The position numbers were made by a program, and so were the translations under genes. Shown piece by piece: positions 1 through 8,861 of a stretch of DNA of 32,000 nucleotides (position 1 is its first letter; each line of letters begins with the position of its first letter). Source of the DNA: Candidatus Omnitrophota bacterium (GTDB taxonomy: Bacteria > Omnitrophota > Gorgyraeia > Zapsychrales > JANLHA01); NCBI GenBank assembly GCA_963662715.1, contig OY759724.1, positions 2,130,001 through 2,162,000 on the forward strand, in the 5' to 3' direction. The notes beneath the pieces are model-generated. The model ran no database searches, was not told where the DNA came from, and saw only the letters and a program-made list of their open reading frames with translations.

Positions 1-632
1 GGGCGTTCAAGCCCCGCACGTCCCCTTATGATTTTCAAGGGCTGGGAGAAGAAGGGTTGAAGTATCTTAAAGACGTCAGTGAAGCCGTAGGATTGGCGAC
101 GATTACGGAGGTCATGGATCCGCGTCATGTCGACCTTGTTGCCCGGTATGTGGATGTCCTGCAGATTGGAGCAAGAAATATGCAGAATTATAGCTTGCTG
201 CAGGAAGTCGGGAATACCAAGAAACCGGTCATGTTAAAACGCGGAATGAGCGCGACGATTAAAGATCTTTTGATGGCGGCGGAATATATTGCGGCAAAGG
301 GCAATTTAAATGTTATGTTGTGTGAAAGAGGTATTCGGACATTTGAAACGGCGACCAGGAACACATTTGATATTAATGCCATTCCTGTCATTAAGCAGAA
401 GTCCCACCTACCCGTCATTGCTGACCCTAGTCACGGCACTGGCCGATGGGGTTTGGTCAGCCGGATTGCTTTAGCTGCTGTGGCGGCCGGATGCGATGCT
501 TTGATTATTGAAGTTCATGCCAATCCTGAAGAAGCCTTGTCTGACGGCGCCCAATCCCTTACCCCGGAAAACTTTCAAGCCCTTATGTTACAGTTGCAAG
601 CTGTCGCTAAAGCCGTAAACAGAGCGCTTTAG
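1..632 (+). CDS. aroF: 3-deoxy-7-phosphoheptulonate (DAHP) synthase, type I-beta; 5' end lies outside the window
   Basis: Frame 3 is open from the window edge ([23 protein letters not shown]...) and runs into the listed 57..632 [18 protein letters not shown] and [17 protein letters not shown] are typical of KDO8P-synthase-like DAHP synthases. The TTG at 57 is an ORF-caller start, not the real one. The next gene is tyrA. Confidence 0.9.
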   Translation, partial: AFKPRTSPYDFQGLGEEGLKYLKDVSEAVGLATITEVMDPRHVDLVARYVDVLQIGARNMQNYSLLQEVGNTKKPVMLKRGMSATIKDLLMAAEYIAAKGNLNVMLCERGIRTFETATRNTFDINAIPVIKQKSHLPVIADPSHGTGRWGLVSRIALAAVAAGCDALIIEVHANPEEALSDGAQSLTPENFQALMLQLQAVAKAVNRAL

Positions 633-677
633 CATTTTCTGGTTGGATTCTTAAAGAATTAAGGGAGAAAAAGACAT

Positions 678-1532
678 ATGCCACTAGGATCACGTTTATT
701 TAAAAAGGTCACCATTATTGGTGTTGGATTGATGGGCGGATCTTTGGGAAAAGCCATCAAAAAGCATAATCTTGCCAAAGAAGTCGTCGGGCTGTCTCAA
801 CGTCAGTCAACTTTATCGACGGCAGTCAAAACCCAGGCGATTGATTATGGGACTCACGATATTAAAAAGGCCGTGCATAATGCCGACTTGGTCGTTCTCG
901 CTACCCCGGTCAGCATTATTACAGGCATGTTGTCGATGATCGGGCCTCATTTGAAACGCAATTGTATTGTCACAGACGTGGGAAGCTCCAAAGTTTCCAT
1001 CGTTCAGGCCGCTCAGCAGTCTTTGCCGAATTATGTTAGTTTTTTGGGGTCGCATCCCCTCGCGGGATCAGAGAAAAGGGGTGTCCAGTTCTCCGACGAT
1101 GAACTGTTTAACGGGTCGCTTTGCATTATAACTCCGACCGAGCGGGGCAACCGTTCAGTCACGAACAGGGTCAAATCCTTATGGAGCCGCGTTGGATGTA
1201 AAGTGAAATTTTTATCTCCGGAGGAGCATGACCGTATCATGGCTTTTATCAGTCATCTCCCGCATGTCCTGGCCTTTTCCCTGATGAATATTATTCCGGA
1301 GGATTTATTGGAGTATGCGGCCCAGGGCTTAAAAGACACCACAAGGATTGCGGCCTCTTCTCCCCAAGTGTGGAATGATATCTGTATGGGCAATGCCCAT
1401 AATATTGTTAAACTTTTGGATGATTATGTGAAGGATTTGTCTGCTATCAGACGAGCCATTATAACGAATGATACGAAGTTCCTTTTGGACACGTTCCAGA
1501 AAGCCAAAGAAAAAAGAGATAGGATTATGTGA
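678..1532 (+). CDS. tyrA: prephenate (or arogenate) dehydrogenase
   Basis: N-terminal Rossmann motif IIGVGLMGGSLG. HPLAGSEKRG and LPHVLAF motifs are typical of TyrA. An AAGGGAG Shine-Dalgarno-like sequence lies upstream. Sits in aromatic amino acid context next to aroF. Confidence 0.85.
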   Translation: MPLGSRLFKKVTIIGVGLMGGSLGKAIKKHNLAKEVVGLSQRQSTLSTAVKTQAIDYGTHDIKKAVHNADLVVLATPVSIITGMLSMIGPHLKRNCIVTDVGSSKVSIVQAAQQSLPNYVSFLGSHPLAGSEKRGVQFSDDELFNGSLCIITPTERGNRSVTNRVKSLWSRVGCKVKFLSPEEHDRIMAFISHLPHVLAFSLMNIIPEDLLEYAAQGLKDTTRIAASSPQVWNDICMGNAHNIVKLLDDYVKDLSAIRRAIITNDTKFLLDTFQKAKEKRDRIM

Positions 1533-1533
1533 A

Positions 1534-2244
1534 ATGAAAGATCTTTCGGGTTTTCATGTTGTGACCATTGACGGACCGGCGGGAGCGGGAAAAAGCACTG
1601 TCGCTAAAATGCTCGCCCGGAGGCTGAATTATGCGTATCTGGACACGGGGGCCATGTACAGGGCTTTGACTCTTAAGGCGATGCGCACAGGCTGTGAATT
1701 GGCCCGGGAGGAGTCCCTGATCCAGTGCGCGCAAAAAACAACTATTGCCTTGAAGGCGGATCCGGTTAAGGGGCTGAGGGTTTTTCTGGAAGGGGAGGAT
1801 GTCTCCGATGAGATCCGTACCCTGGAAGTCACGAACAATACGTTTTATGTCGCCAGGGTTCCCGCGGTGAGAGAGATTTTGGTGGGCTGGCAAAGAGATA
1901 TCGGGAAGAAACAAAACGTTGTGGTGGAAGGAAGAGATGTGGGCACGGTTGTTTTTCCGGAGGCTTCGTTCAAATTTTATCTTGACGCGGAATTCTCCGA
2001 ACGGGTCCGTCGGCGGCTGACAGAACTGCGGGATAAGGGGAAGGCTGTAGAGGCAGAACAGCTCCGTTGTGAACTGAGTGACCGTGATCAGAAAGATCTC
2101 ACCAGGACAGTCGGACCTTTAAAGAAAGCCGAAGATGCTATTATGCTTGACTCGACATCGTTATCTATTGAAGATGTCGTTGACAGCATGTTAAATATCA
2201 TTCAGGCTAAACGCGCTGTGCCGGAGGGGCAAAAAAGTCCCTGA
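1534..2244 (+). CDS. cmk: cytidylate kinase
   Basis: VVTIDGPAGAGKSTVAKMLA P-loop followed by DTGAMYRA, the Cmk signature. The ATG at 1534 lies right after the tyrA stop (1530-1532). The listed 1468 start is an upstream extension overlapping tyrA. Confidence 0.9.
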   Translation: MKDLSGFHVVTIDGPAGAGKSTVAKMLARRLNYAYLDTGAMYRALTLKAMRTGCELAREESLIQCAQKTTIALKADPVKGLRVFLEGEDVSDEIRTLEVTNNTFYVARVPAVREILVGWQRDIGKKQNVVVEGRDVGTVVFPEASFKFYLDAEFSERVRRRLTELRDKGKAVEAEQLRCELSDRDQKDLTRTVGPLKKAEDAIMLDSTSLSIEDVVDSMLNIIQAKRAVPEGQKSP

Positions 2245-2302
2245 CCCGGCCGGGAGGGGCCGTGATAGCGGCAGAATCACTCTGCCAGAAGAAATAAAAA
2301 AT

Positions 2303-4093
2303 ATGGATAAGTCACTGATTAGAAATTTTTCGATTATTGCCCATATTGACCACGGAAAATCGACCCTGGCGGATCGGTTGCTTTTATTTACCGGGGCGAT
2401 CGATGAAAGAAAATTCCAGAATCAGCTTTTGGATGATATGGATATTGAACGGGAGAGGGGCATCACAATTAAAGCTTCTGCCGTAAGGCTGGATTACAAA
2501 GCAGACAACGGCAAGTCATATGTTTTTAACTTGATTGATACCCCGGGGCATGTGGACTTTACGTATGAGGTGGAAAAATCTCTGCGTGCATGTGAAGGGG
2601 CTCTGCTCGTCATCGATGCTTCGCAGGGGGTTGAATCGCAGACCGTGGCGAACAATTATCTTGCTATTGAAAGCAATCTGGAAATTCTGCCTGTGATTAA
2701 TAAGATTGATATTGCCAACATTGATATTGATCACGCTAAGATGGAGTTTATGGATATTTTGAACTTTAAAGAAGAGGATATCCAGCTGGTTTCGGCCAAA
2801 GAAGGGGTTGGCATCAAGGAGCTGTTTGAAAAGATTGTCAGTTTCATCCCCTGCCCGGAAGGAGATGATCATGCGCCTCTGCAAGCTCTGATTTTCGATA
2901 TGAAATATGACATTTATAAAGGAATTATTATTTATGTGCGCATCTTCAACGGCGTTATAGATCCGGGGCTGAAGATCCTGATGATGCATACCGGGAAGGA
3001 GTTTTCCATAGAAGAGATCGGTGTTTTTCGCCCGGAAGCGACCAGGGTCAAGAAGCTTACAAGCGGCGAGGTCGGGTACATTACATGTAATGTCCACGAC
3101 CCGAGAGAAGTCAGGGTGGGAGATACGATAACGGCTGTCGCCCGTCCGACAGTATCTCCGCTGGAAGGCTATCGCCAGCTGAATCCCATGGTTTTTTGTG
3201 GGGTTTATCCCGTCAATTCAAAAGATTTTATGTCTTTGCGGGAAGCCATCGATAAGCTGAGGCTGAATGACCCGAGTTTTGTTTTTGAGCCGGAAACCTC
3301 TCAGTCCTTTGGCCACGGATTCCGGTGCGGCTTCTTAGGGCTGCTGCACATGGAAATTGTGCAAGAACGCCTGCAGCGGGAATATGATCTCAACCTGATC
3401 TTGACGACGCCCAACGTTAAATACCGCCTTACAACTAAAAATAAAGAGACTTGTTATGTCGAGAATCCCGCCCAGTTGACGGAGCGGACCCAGATAGACC
3501 GGATCGAGGAACCGTATCTGGAGGTTTCCATCATGTCTCCCGTGGAATACATGGATAAGGTGATGGAGCTGTCCAAATCTAAAAGAGGGATCTATATCAA
3601 GAGTGAGTATGTCTCTGACCGTATGCGTATTCTTTTCGACATGCCCTTATCCGAAGTTATCGTTGATTATAACGATATGATTAAATCCGTAACGCGGGGC
3701 TACGGCTCCATCGATTACCGGTTCAAAGGCTATTATCCTGCCAAAATTTCTAAACTGGATATTCTGATTAACGGAAAAGAATGCGATGCTTTCTCCTGCC
3801 TTGTGAACCAGGAGAGAGCTTATGAAAAGGGGGTTGCGTTAGTGAGTAAATTAAAAGAGCTGATCCCGCAACAGTTGTTTGAGGTCCGCATTCAGGCCAC
3901 GTGTGACGGAAGGGTCATTTCCAGCGCCAAAGTGCGCTCAACAGGGAAAAATGTGACGGCGAAATGTTACGGGGGAGATATTACCCGCAAACGGAAATTG
4001 TGGGAAAAGCAGAAAGAAGGGAAAAAAAGGTTGAAGCAGATAGGGAATGTTGAGGTGCCGCAGGAGGCATTCTTGGCTGTATTAAAAATTTGA
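2303..4093 (+). CDS. lepA: elongation factor 4 (translational GTPase LepA)
   Basis: IRNFSIIAHIDHGKSTLADRLL G1 motif, DTPGHVDF, NKID. The 596 aa length and the C-terminal LepA-specific region are as expected. Classic lepA-lepB adjacency. Confidence 0.97.
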   Translation: MDKSLIRNFSIIAHIDHGKSTLADRLLLFTGAIDERKFQNQLLDDMDIERERGITIKASAVRLDYKADNGKSYVFNLIDTPGHVDFTYEVEKSLRACEGALLVIDASQGVESQTVANNYLAIESNLEILPVINKIDIANIDIDHAKMEFMDILNFKEEDIQLVSAKEGVGIKELFEKIVSFIPCPEGDDHAPLQALIFDMKYDIYKGIIIYVRIFNGVIDPGLKILMMHTGKEFSIEEIGVFRPEATRVKKLTSGEVGYITCNVHDPREVRVGDTITAVARPTVSPLEGYRQLNPMVFCGVYPVNSKDFMSLREAIDKLRLNDPSFVFEPETSQSFGHGFRCGFLGLLHMEIVQERLQREYDLNLILTTPNVKYRLTTKNKETCYVENPAQLTERTQIDRIEEPYLEVSIMSPVEYMDKVMELSKSKRGIYIKSEYVSDRMRILFDMPLSEVIVDYNDMIKSVTRGYGSIDYRFKGYYPAKISKLDILINGKECDAFSCLVNQERAYEKGVALVSKLKELIPQQLFEVRIQATCDGRVISSAKVRSTGKNVTAKCYGGDITRKRKLWEKQKEGKKRLKQIGNVEVPQEAFLAVLKI

Positions 4094-4104
4094 CGGAGAG
4101 ATTT

Positions 4105-4836
4105 ATGGAAGACATTCATTGGAAGGATCAATATGATAAGCTGATCGCGGAAGGAAAAAAAAGCGGATTCCTCCACCGGGATGCGATCACCAAGAGCCTT
4201 CAATCCGCCGGGGCCGATGAGCAAGAGCTTCAGCAGGCGCTGGTGAATTTGCATGATGAAGGCATTGAAATTGTCAGGAAGTCGGCCACCCGCGAATGGG
4301 TGGAATCCATTGTTATCGCCTTTATTCTTGCCATGTTTATCCGGGAATTCTTCTTCCAGGCTTTCCGGATTCCAAGCGGGTCTATGCGGAACACCCTCCT
4401 GGAGGGGGATCGGCTGCTGGTTAATAAATTGTATTATGGCCCCAAGATTCGGTTTACCCAAAAACGTTTGCCGGGGTTCACGACCCCGCATCGGGGAGAT
4501 GTTATTGTCTTTATTTACCCGCTTGACCCCAAAAGAGATTTTATTAAACGACTTATAGCCGTGGGCGGGGAGATCGTAGAAATAAAGGACGGCGATATCT
4601 TTATTAACGGGAAGCTGATTGAAAATCCTTTGATTAAGAACACTTTCTACTATAATTACGGCAATGCTTTGCCGGGCCAGAAGATCAAGGTTCCGGAAGG
4701 GCATTATTTCGTTTTAGGCGATAACAGTGCCTCGAGCAGTGACAGCCGTTATTGGGGGTTTGTGCCGGAAAACAATGTTGTCGGGAAGGCCGCTTTGATT
4801 TACTGGCCTCCGCAACGCATACGCCTGATAAAATAG
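4105..4836 (+). CDS. lepB: signal peptidase I with an unusual roughly 60-aa cytoplasmic N-terminal domain
   Basis: Catalytic Ser box IPSGSMRNTL, Lys box KRLIAVGGE, and box E GDNSASSSDSRYWGFVP. One TM segment (WVESIVIAFILAMFI). GGAGAG lies 4 nt upstream of ATG 4105. The listed TTG at 4090 is an alternative start. Confidence 0.9.
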   Translation: MEDIHWKDQYDKLIAEGKKSGFLHRDAITKSLQSAGADEQELQQALVNLHDEGIEIVRKSATREWVESIVIAFILAMFIREFFFQAFRIPSGSMRNTLLEGDRLLVNKLYYGPKIRFTQKRLPGFTTPHRGDVIVFIYPLDPKRDFIKRLIAVGGEIVEIKDGDIFINGKLIENPLIKNTFYYNYGNALPGQKIKVPEGHYFVLGDNSASSSDSRYWGFVPENNVVGKAALIYWPPQRIRLIK

Positions 4837-4880
4837 GGTTATGCCTGTGTGAGATTTTTGAACCCAGCCTGAGGGATCAG

Positions 4881-5291
4881 ATGAGAAAGATGTTGCGGAA
4901 GAGTTTGAATATCGGCGTCGCCGGGTATTTCTTCGTCAGCCTGTTGTTTCTTCTTCTGTCGGGATGTGCTTCTTTTGGGCAGCAAAAAGGATCTCTTCAG
5001 AAAACGGACGGGAAGCTCCGAAAAGAAACGAAAGAAGAGATCCTTTCCGCGGCAGGGACAGTTGTGGAAGCCGTGAGCGGACAGGATATGACAGAAGAGG
5101 AATTAAAGGATTTTGTGGAGAATATGCGCAAGGATGAAGAGGCTCAGGAGGCGGTGGAAACCATCGCTGATGCCTTGGACCAGAATCATAAAAAAGTGAA
5201 ATATTGCCCTGTGACCGGAAAAAGATACCGTTATAGTCTTGAAAGATGTCCGATTCATAATGTGCCGTTGAAAGTATTAGGGGAAGAATAA
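4881..5291 (+). CDS. hypothetical lipoprotein with an acidic helical middle and a C-terminal CPxxG...CPxH motif
   Basis: From ATG 4881 the product starts MRKMLRKSLNIGVAGYFFVSLLFLLLSGC, with an L-S-G-C lipobox. The listed 4752 start overlaps the lepB 3' end and adds a non-signal N-terminus. Confidence 0.6.
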   Translation: MRKMLRKSLNIGVAGYFFVSLLFLLLSGCASFGQQKGSLQKTDGKLRKETKEEILSAAGTVVEAVSGQDMTEEELKDFVENMRKDEEAQEAVETIADALDQNHKKVKYCPVTGKRYRYSLERCPIHNVPLKVLGEE

Positions 5292-5324
5292 TGCTTTGCG
5301 GTTGTGATATTTTTGGTTCGCCCC

Positions 5325-5897
5325 ATGCCGGTTACCTTAGCCAATAGGATTACTCTTATCCGTATTTTGTTAGTGCCATTTTTTATCATGGCGCTTTTGT
5401 ATTATTCCCCTGAACAAACCTTTTGGCTTCGTGTGGCTTTGGCGATATTATTGCTGGCGGTGTTCTCGGATATCGCCGACGGGTATTTGGCGAGAAAACG
5501 GGGCGAGAAAAGTTCTTTGGGAATTCTGCTGGACCCGTTAGCCGATAAAATGTTATTGATGAGCGGTTTTATCTGCCTGAATCAGATCGGCGTTCATTTG
5601 CCTGTTTTTAGATTCCCGACGTGGTTGATCGTGACGGCCATCAGCAGAGATGTTGTCCTGATCGTCGGTTCCGCTTTGATCGTCATTCATCACGGGAGCC
5701 TGTGCATTGAAGCGACCTGGTGGGGCAAAATTTCCACGATGAGCCAGGTTGCTGTCATCGCGGGGATGTTGTTGCAGTGGTCCTGGTCGGAATTGTTGTG
5801 GCCTTTTGTCGTCTTGTCCTGCGGGGTGTCAGGCCTGGACTATTTGATGAAAGGATTTAAATTATTAAACATCGAGAATCCCGGAGGTTCGTCCTGA
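5325..5897 (+). CDS. pgsA: CDP-diacylglycerol--glycerol-3-phosphate 3-phosphatidyltransferase (CDP-alcohol phosphatidyltransferase family)
   Basis: Exact CDP-alcohol motif D-G-x2-A-R-x8-G-x3-D-x3-D in DIADGYLARKRGEKSSLGILLDPLADK. Multi-TM protein. An N-terminus of MPVTLANRITLIRILLVPFF from ATG 5325 fits PgsA. GTG 5304 is an alternative start. Confidence 0.85.
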   Translation: MPVTLANRITLIRILLVPFFIMALLYYSPEQTFWLRVALAILLLAVFSDIADGYLARKRGEKSSLGILLDPLADKMLLMSGFICLNQIGVHLPVFRFPTWLIVTAISRDVVLIVGSALIVIHHGSLCIEATWWGKISTMSQVAVIAGMLLQWSWSELLWPFVVLSCGVSGLDYLMKGFKLLNIENPGGSS

Positions 5898-5921
5898 CGG
5901 GAGTTAACAGAGGATAACAAC

Positions 5922-6542
5922 ATGTTCCTTTTATGGGGATTGATTCTGAGTTATTTGATCGGCTCGTTTCCAACGGCCTATGTTTTTGTCCGGGTGCTGA
6001 AAGGTGTCGATATCAGAGACTATGGTTCGGGCAATGTCGGAGCCACGAATGCCTCCCGTGTTTTGGGAAAAGGGCCGGGGCTCTTTGTCCTTTTCCTTGA
6101 TGTCGTCAAGGGCATCCTGCCTGTCGTATGGCTGGGAGGCGCTTTATCCTTGGAGGGCATTGTTGAATGTGTTTTGTTAGGCGTTGCCGTCGTCTGCGGG
6201 CATAACTGGTCCGTCTTTTTAAGGTTCAAAGGGGGGAAAGGCATTGCTACAAGTCTGGGCGTGTTAATCGGCCTGGCTATGAATTTCCCCCCTTTTCGCC
6301 CGGTCCTGATTCTGACATTATCTTTGTGGACAGTTATTTTCTTCGTGACGGGTTATGTTTCGCTTTCCTCTATAACCGCGGGGTTCGGCTTGCCTGTCTT
6401 TATGATCCTGACACATCAGGTTGTAGAGATGATTATTCTAGGATGTATACTTTGTGTCTTTGTTTTTCTCCGGCATATCCCCAATATCCGACGGCTCCTT
6501 CAGGGGCAGGAGTCCCGCATGAATTTGTTCCCCAGAAAGTGA
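5922..6542 (+). CDS. plsY: glycerol-3-phosphate acyltransferase PlsY
   Basis: GSFPTAYV, GSGNVGATNASRVLG and KGGKGIAT motifs. Polytopic membrane protein of about 200 aa. GAGGA lies 7 nt upstream of the ATG. Confidence 0.92.
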   Translation: MFLLWGLILSYLIGSFPTAYVFVRVLKGVDIRDYGSGNVGATNASRVLGKGPGLFVLFLDVVKGILPVVWLGGALSLEGIVECVLLGVAVVCGHNWSVFLRFKGGKGIATSLGVLIGLAMNFPPFRPVLILTLSLWTVIFFVTGYVSLSSITAGFGLPVFMILTHQVVEMIILGCILCVFVFLRHIPNIRRLLQGQESRMNLFPRK

Positions 6543-6584
6543 ATTTCTCTTTCTTTCGGCTTATTTCCGTAAGTCCTATATTCC

Positions 6585-6617
6585 CTGCGGGTAGGGGTGC
6601 CCACCTGCGCAGCTTTT
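6585..6617 (+). terminator. possible intrinsic terminator after plsY
   Basis: GC-rich imperfect hairpin. CTGCG (6585-6589) pairs with CGCAG (6608-6612), and an inner GGGG/CC-CC stem is also possible. It is followed by CTTTT. The stem is interrupted, so this is tentative. Confidence 0.4.
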
Positions 6618-6729
6618 AAAAAAAATATTGCATAAAAAATTGCCGGTTAAAGAAAGCGTTTTTTTGTCCCGTCGCTGCCGGAAAAATATTTTTGAAAGAA
6701 AGCGCTTTCTCCCCTAAAAGGCGATGACC

Positions 6730-6757
6730 TTGCCTGCCGGAATCCACATGTTATACT
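6730..6757 (+). promoter_or_regulatory. sigma-70-type promoter with extended -10
   Basis: TTGCCT (6730-6735), a 16-nt spacer, then TGtTATACT (TG 6749-6750, -10 at 6752-6757). Located about 48 nt upstream of the strong SD (GAGGGGGAGG) and ATG 6805. Confidence 0.5.
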
Positions 6758-6804
6758 TTGATTGTAAGTTCCCAATAAACATTCTTGCCCTTGAGGGGGA
6801 GGAC

Positions 6805-7158
6805 ATGCGGAAAATATTATATAAAAAACGCCATTCTTTTAAACACCGTCGGAAAATTATTTTGATTAAAGAGATGGCCGAAGATAAAGAATGCCGGACA
6901 ATAGTTCAAAAAAGTTTTATTTACAAAATTAGAAATTCGGGGTATACTAATACTGTTGATACGCATCCAGAGATATTCGTTAGAAAACATATTGATAACA
7001 AACAGCAGAAAGAAGTTTTTCATTTTAAAGTTAAAGGTTCATTCTCATTGAGGCAGGGACGGCATTCTTACAAAGTTGAATTTTGTCATATTTTGAAAAT
7101 AAATATTTTTTGGAAAGCAAAAATTTTCTCCCCCAAAAAGTCAGGAACTCTGACTTAG
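6805..7158 (+). CDS. hypothetical small, very basic protein (117 aa), orphan, in an AT-rich segment
   Basis: ATG 6805 is preceded by GAGGGGGAGG. The product is MRKILYKKRHSFKHRRKIIL..., rich in K/R, with no motif I recognise. Flanked by its own promoter and a perfect terminator. Coding status is not certain. Confidence 0.45.
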   Translation: MRKILYKKRHSFKHRRKIILIKEMAEDKECRTIVQKSFIYKIRNSGYTNTVDTHPEIFVRKHIDNKQQKEVFHFKVKGSFSLRQGRHSYKVEFCHILKINIFWKAKIFSPKKSGTLT

Positions 7159-7190
7159 CTGCTTGTGTTTAATCAACACTAGCCGAGGAT

Positions 7191-7229
7191 GAGCGGCAGT
7201 CTTTTCGAAGACTGCCGCTCGTTTTTTAT
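7191..7229 (+). terminator. rho-independent terminator
   Basis: Perfect 13-bp stem GAGCGGCAGTCTT / AAGACTGCCGCTC with a TTCG tetraloop (7204-7207), followed by GTTTTTTATT. Confidence 0.8.
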
Positions 7230-7326
7230 TCAATAAAATCTTATCTTGAAAACAAAGCACTTTTTCTATAAACTACCATTAATATTAGAAATTAAAAAAG
7301 ACTAATAATTTAATATATATTGTCTT

Positions 7327-8094
7327 ATGAGAAACAAAATCGTATGGCTACCTGTTATCATATCAGTGTTGGGCTGTGCTACCGTTCATCCTGATAATAA
7401 TATATCTCCGCAGACCCCCGTTGGCACTACAGAACAACAGGAGGATGTTGCCGACACAGAGCTGGATATCCCAGACACCTCCCCGGCTTCTGTTTTAGAG
7501 GATATCTCCTTGCAGGATGTGGCAGAGGAATCAGCTTCTTCAGCAGAGGAAGCAGAAAGATTGTTAATCCCTTCCGGGTCCGTGTTCGCCAAGACCGTGT
7601 TTGAAGGTGTTGTAAAAACAAGCTATGTCCAATTGAGTATTGTTGACATCACCGACCCCCAAAAAGTTTTTCAACTGATCATCGGGGACAAGGACCGGCA
7701 GAAAAATTTGCCGTGGAATATTCAGACAGTCAAACCAGGCTATTTCTTTATCGATTTGCCTGTTGGGCGGTATCGGATTAATTCGATTACGATCCCCGTG
7801 GGGACAACTTTAGCCACAGAGCCGATGGACGTTTCTTTTGATGTTGAGCTGGACAAAACGATTTACCTCGGGACATTAAGAGTCATTGGAGAAAAGGAGC
7901 GGATTAAACTCGGCGGTGTCCCGATTATCAAGCCGGGTTTTGAATATACCTTGCAGGTCCTCGATGAAAGAACAGAAGCTCAGAAGGAGTTCCTGCGACG
8001 CTTCCCGGAACATCATGGCAGCATTGATTACCAGCTCATGGAAATCAACGCCTTCCGTAATACCCACGAACTTCTCCAGAAGGATAATTCCTGA
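7327..8094 (+). CDS. hypothetical lipoprotein with an acidic low-complexity linker and a beta-rich C-terminal domain
   Basis: MRNKIVWLPVIISVLGC signal peptide with L-G-C lipobox. Followed by an E/D/S-rich linker and a C-terminal region with PGYFFIDLPVGRYRINSI-type beta-sandwich-like sequence. Confidence 0.7.
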   Translation: MRNKIVWLPVIISVLGCATVHPDNNISPQTPVGTTEQQEDVADTELDIPDTSPASVLEDISLQDVAEESASSAEEAERLLIPSGSVFAKTVFEGVVKTSYVQLSIVDITDPQKVFQLIIGDKDRQKNLPWNIQTVKPGYFFIDLPVGRYRINSITIPVGTTLATEPMDVSFDVELDKTIYLGTLRVIGEKERIKLGGVPIIKPGFEYTLQVLDERTEAQKEFLRRFPEHHGSIDYQLMEINAFRNTHELLQKDNS

Positions 8095-8257
8095 AAATAT
8101 TTTTGAATTTTTGCCGGATCCTCAGCGGAACAAGAGAAAAGAATCGCTGCGGGGAACTAAAAAAAGTGCAAGAACAGATGGTCAGTTGGGATCTTTATGG
8201 TAAAATACGTTCTATAAGTCTTTATTGAGTAAGATTTAACCGTAAAGGAGGTTCTTC

Positions 8258-8737
8258 ATGTCCAGGACATTAGCTCTTGTTGTTATAGTGATGATGGTGT
8301 TGTCGGGATGCGTGACATCATCTCCTAATTCTAGCAATGTCAATATGCTGCAGATGCGGGTCGGTGAGCTTGAGCGGGAAGTGCAGACAAAGGATAATGA
8401 GATCAAAGATTTGCAGTATCAGATTAAAGATTTGAGTTATGAGATTGACCGGTTGAAAAATAAATCCCCCCGTATGGAAAAGCGGCCTGCCGTAAGCTCA
8501 GCGGTTCCCGCCAGCAGTAAAACAGAGGCGGATGATGATATTATCCGGGTTAAAGCCAGTATCCGGCAGGTGCAGGTGGCTCTGAAGAAAGCCGGTTATT
8601 ATAAAGGAAACATCGACGGGAAAGTCGGAGACATGACCAAGACCGCTATCAGCGATTTTCAGAAAGATCATGGACTCAAAGTCGATGGGATCCTTGGCCA
8701 GAAGACCTGGAACGAATTAAAAACCTATTTAGAATAA
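8258..8737 (+). CDS. lipoprotein with a coiled-coil segment and a C-terminal peptidoglycan-binding (PG_binding_1-like) domain
   Basis: AAAGGAGG SD. MSRTLALVVIVMMVLSGC lipobox. A heptad-like region (LQMRVGELEREVQTKDNEIKDLQYQIKDL). C-terminal VQVALKKAGYYKGNIDGKVGDMTKTAISDFQKDHGLKVDGILGQKTW matches the PG-binding repeat pattern. Confidence 0.8.
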   Translation: MSRTLALVVIVMMVLSGCVTSSPNSSNVNMLQMRVGELEREVQTKDNEIKDLQYQIKDLSYEIDRLKNKSPRMEKRPAVSSAVPASSKTEADDDIIRVKASIRQVQVALKKAGYYKGNIDGKVGDMTKTAISDFQKDHGLKVDGILGQKTWNELKTYLE

Positions 8738-8861
8738 GTCAGCCGGGACACGTCTTCTTCTCATCAATGTCGTTATATCTCGTGATTGATCCCTTATAAA
8801 TTCCATAGCATAATTTTGTTTTCGGGATAACAGTATGAGGCGGGGAGGTTTTATGCTCCTG

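Noticed and set aside
3967-4704. A 245-aa minus-strand ORF. Similar long antisense ORFs occur at 2516-3097, 11393-12076, 18627-19253, 20014-20577 and 26924-27394.
   Set aside because: Each lies entirely antisense to a + strand gene with strong family motifs (lepA/lepB, metallopeptidase, propeller protein, exonuclease, repeat protein). Their products are R/P/S/G-rich or low-complexity with no recognisable motif or translation signals. These are typical shadow ORFs.
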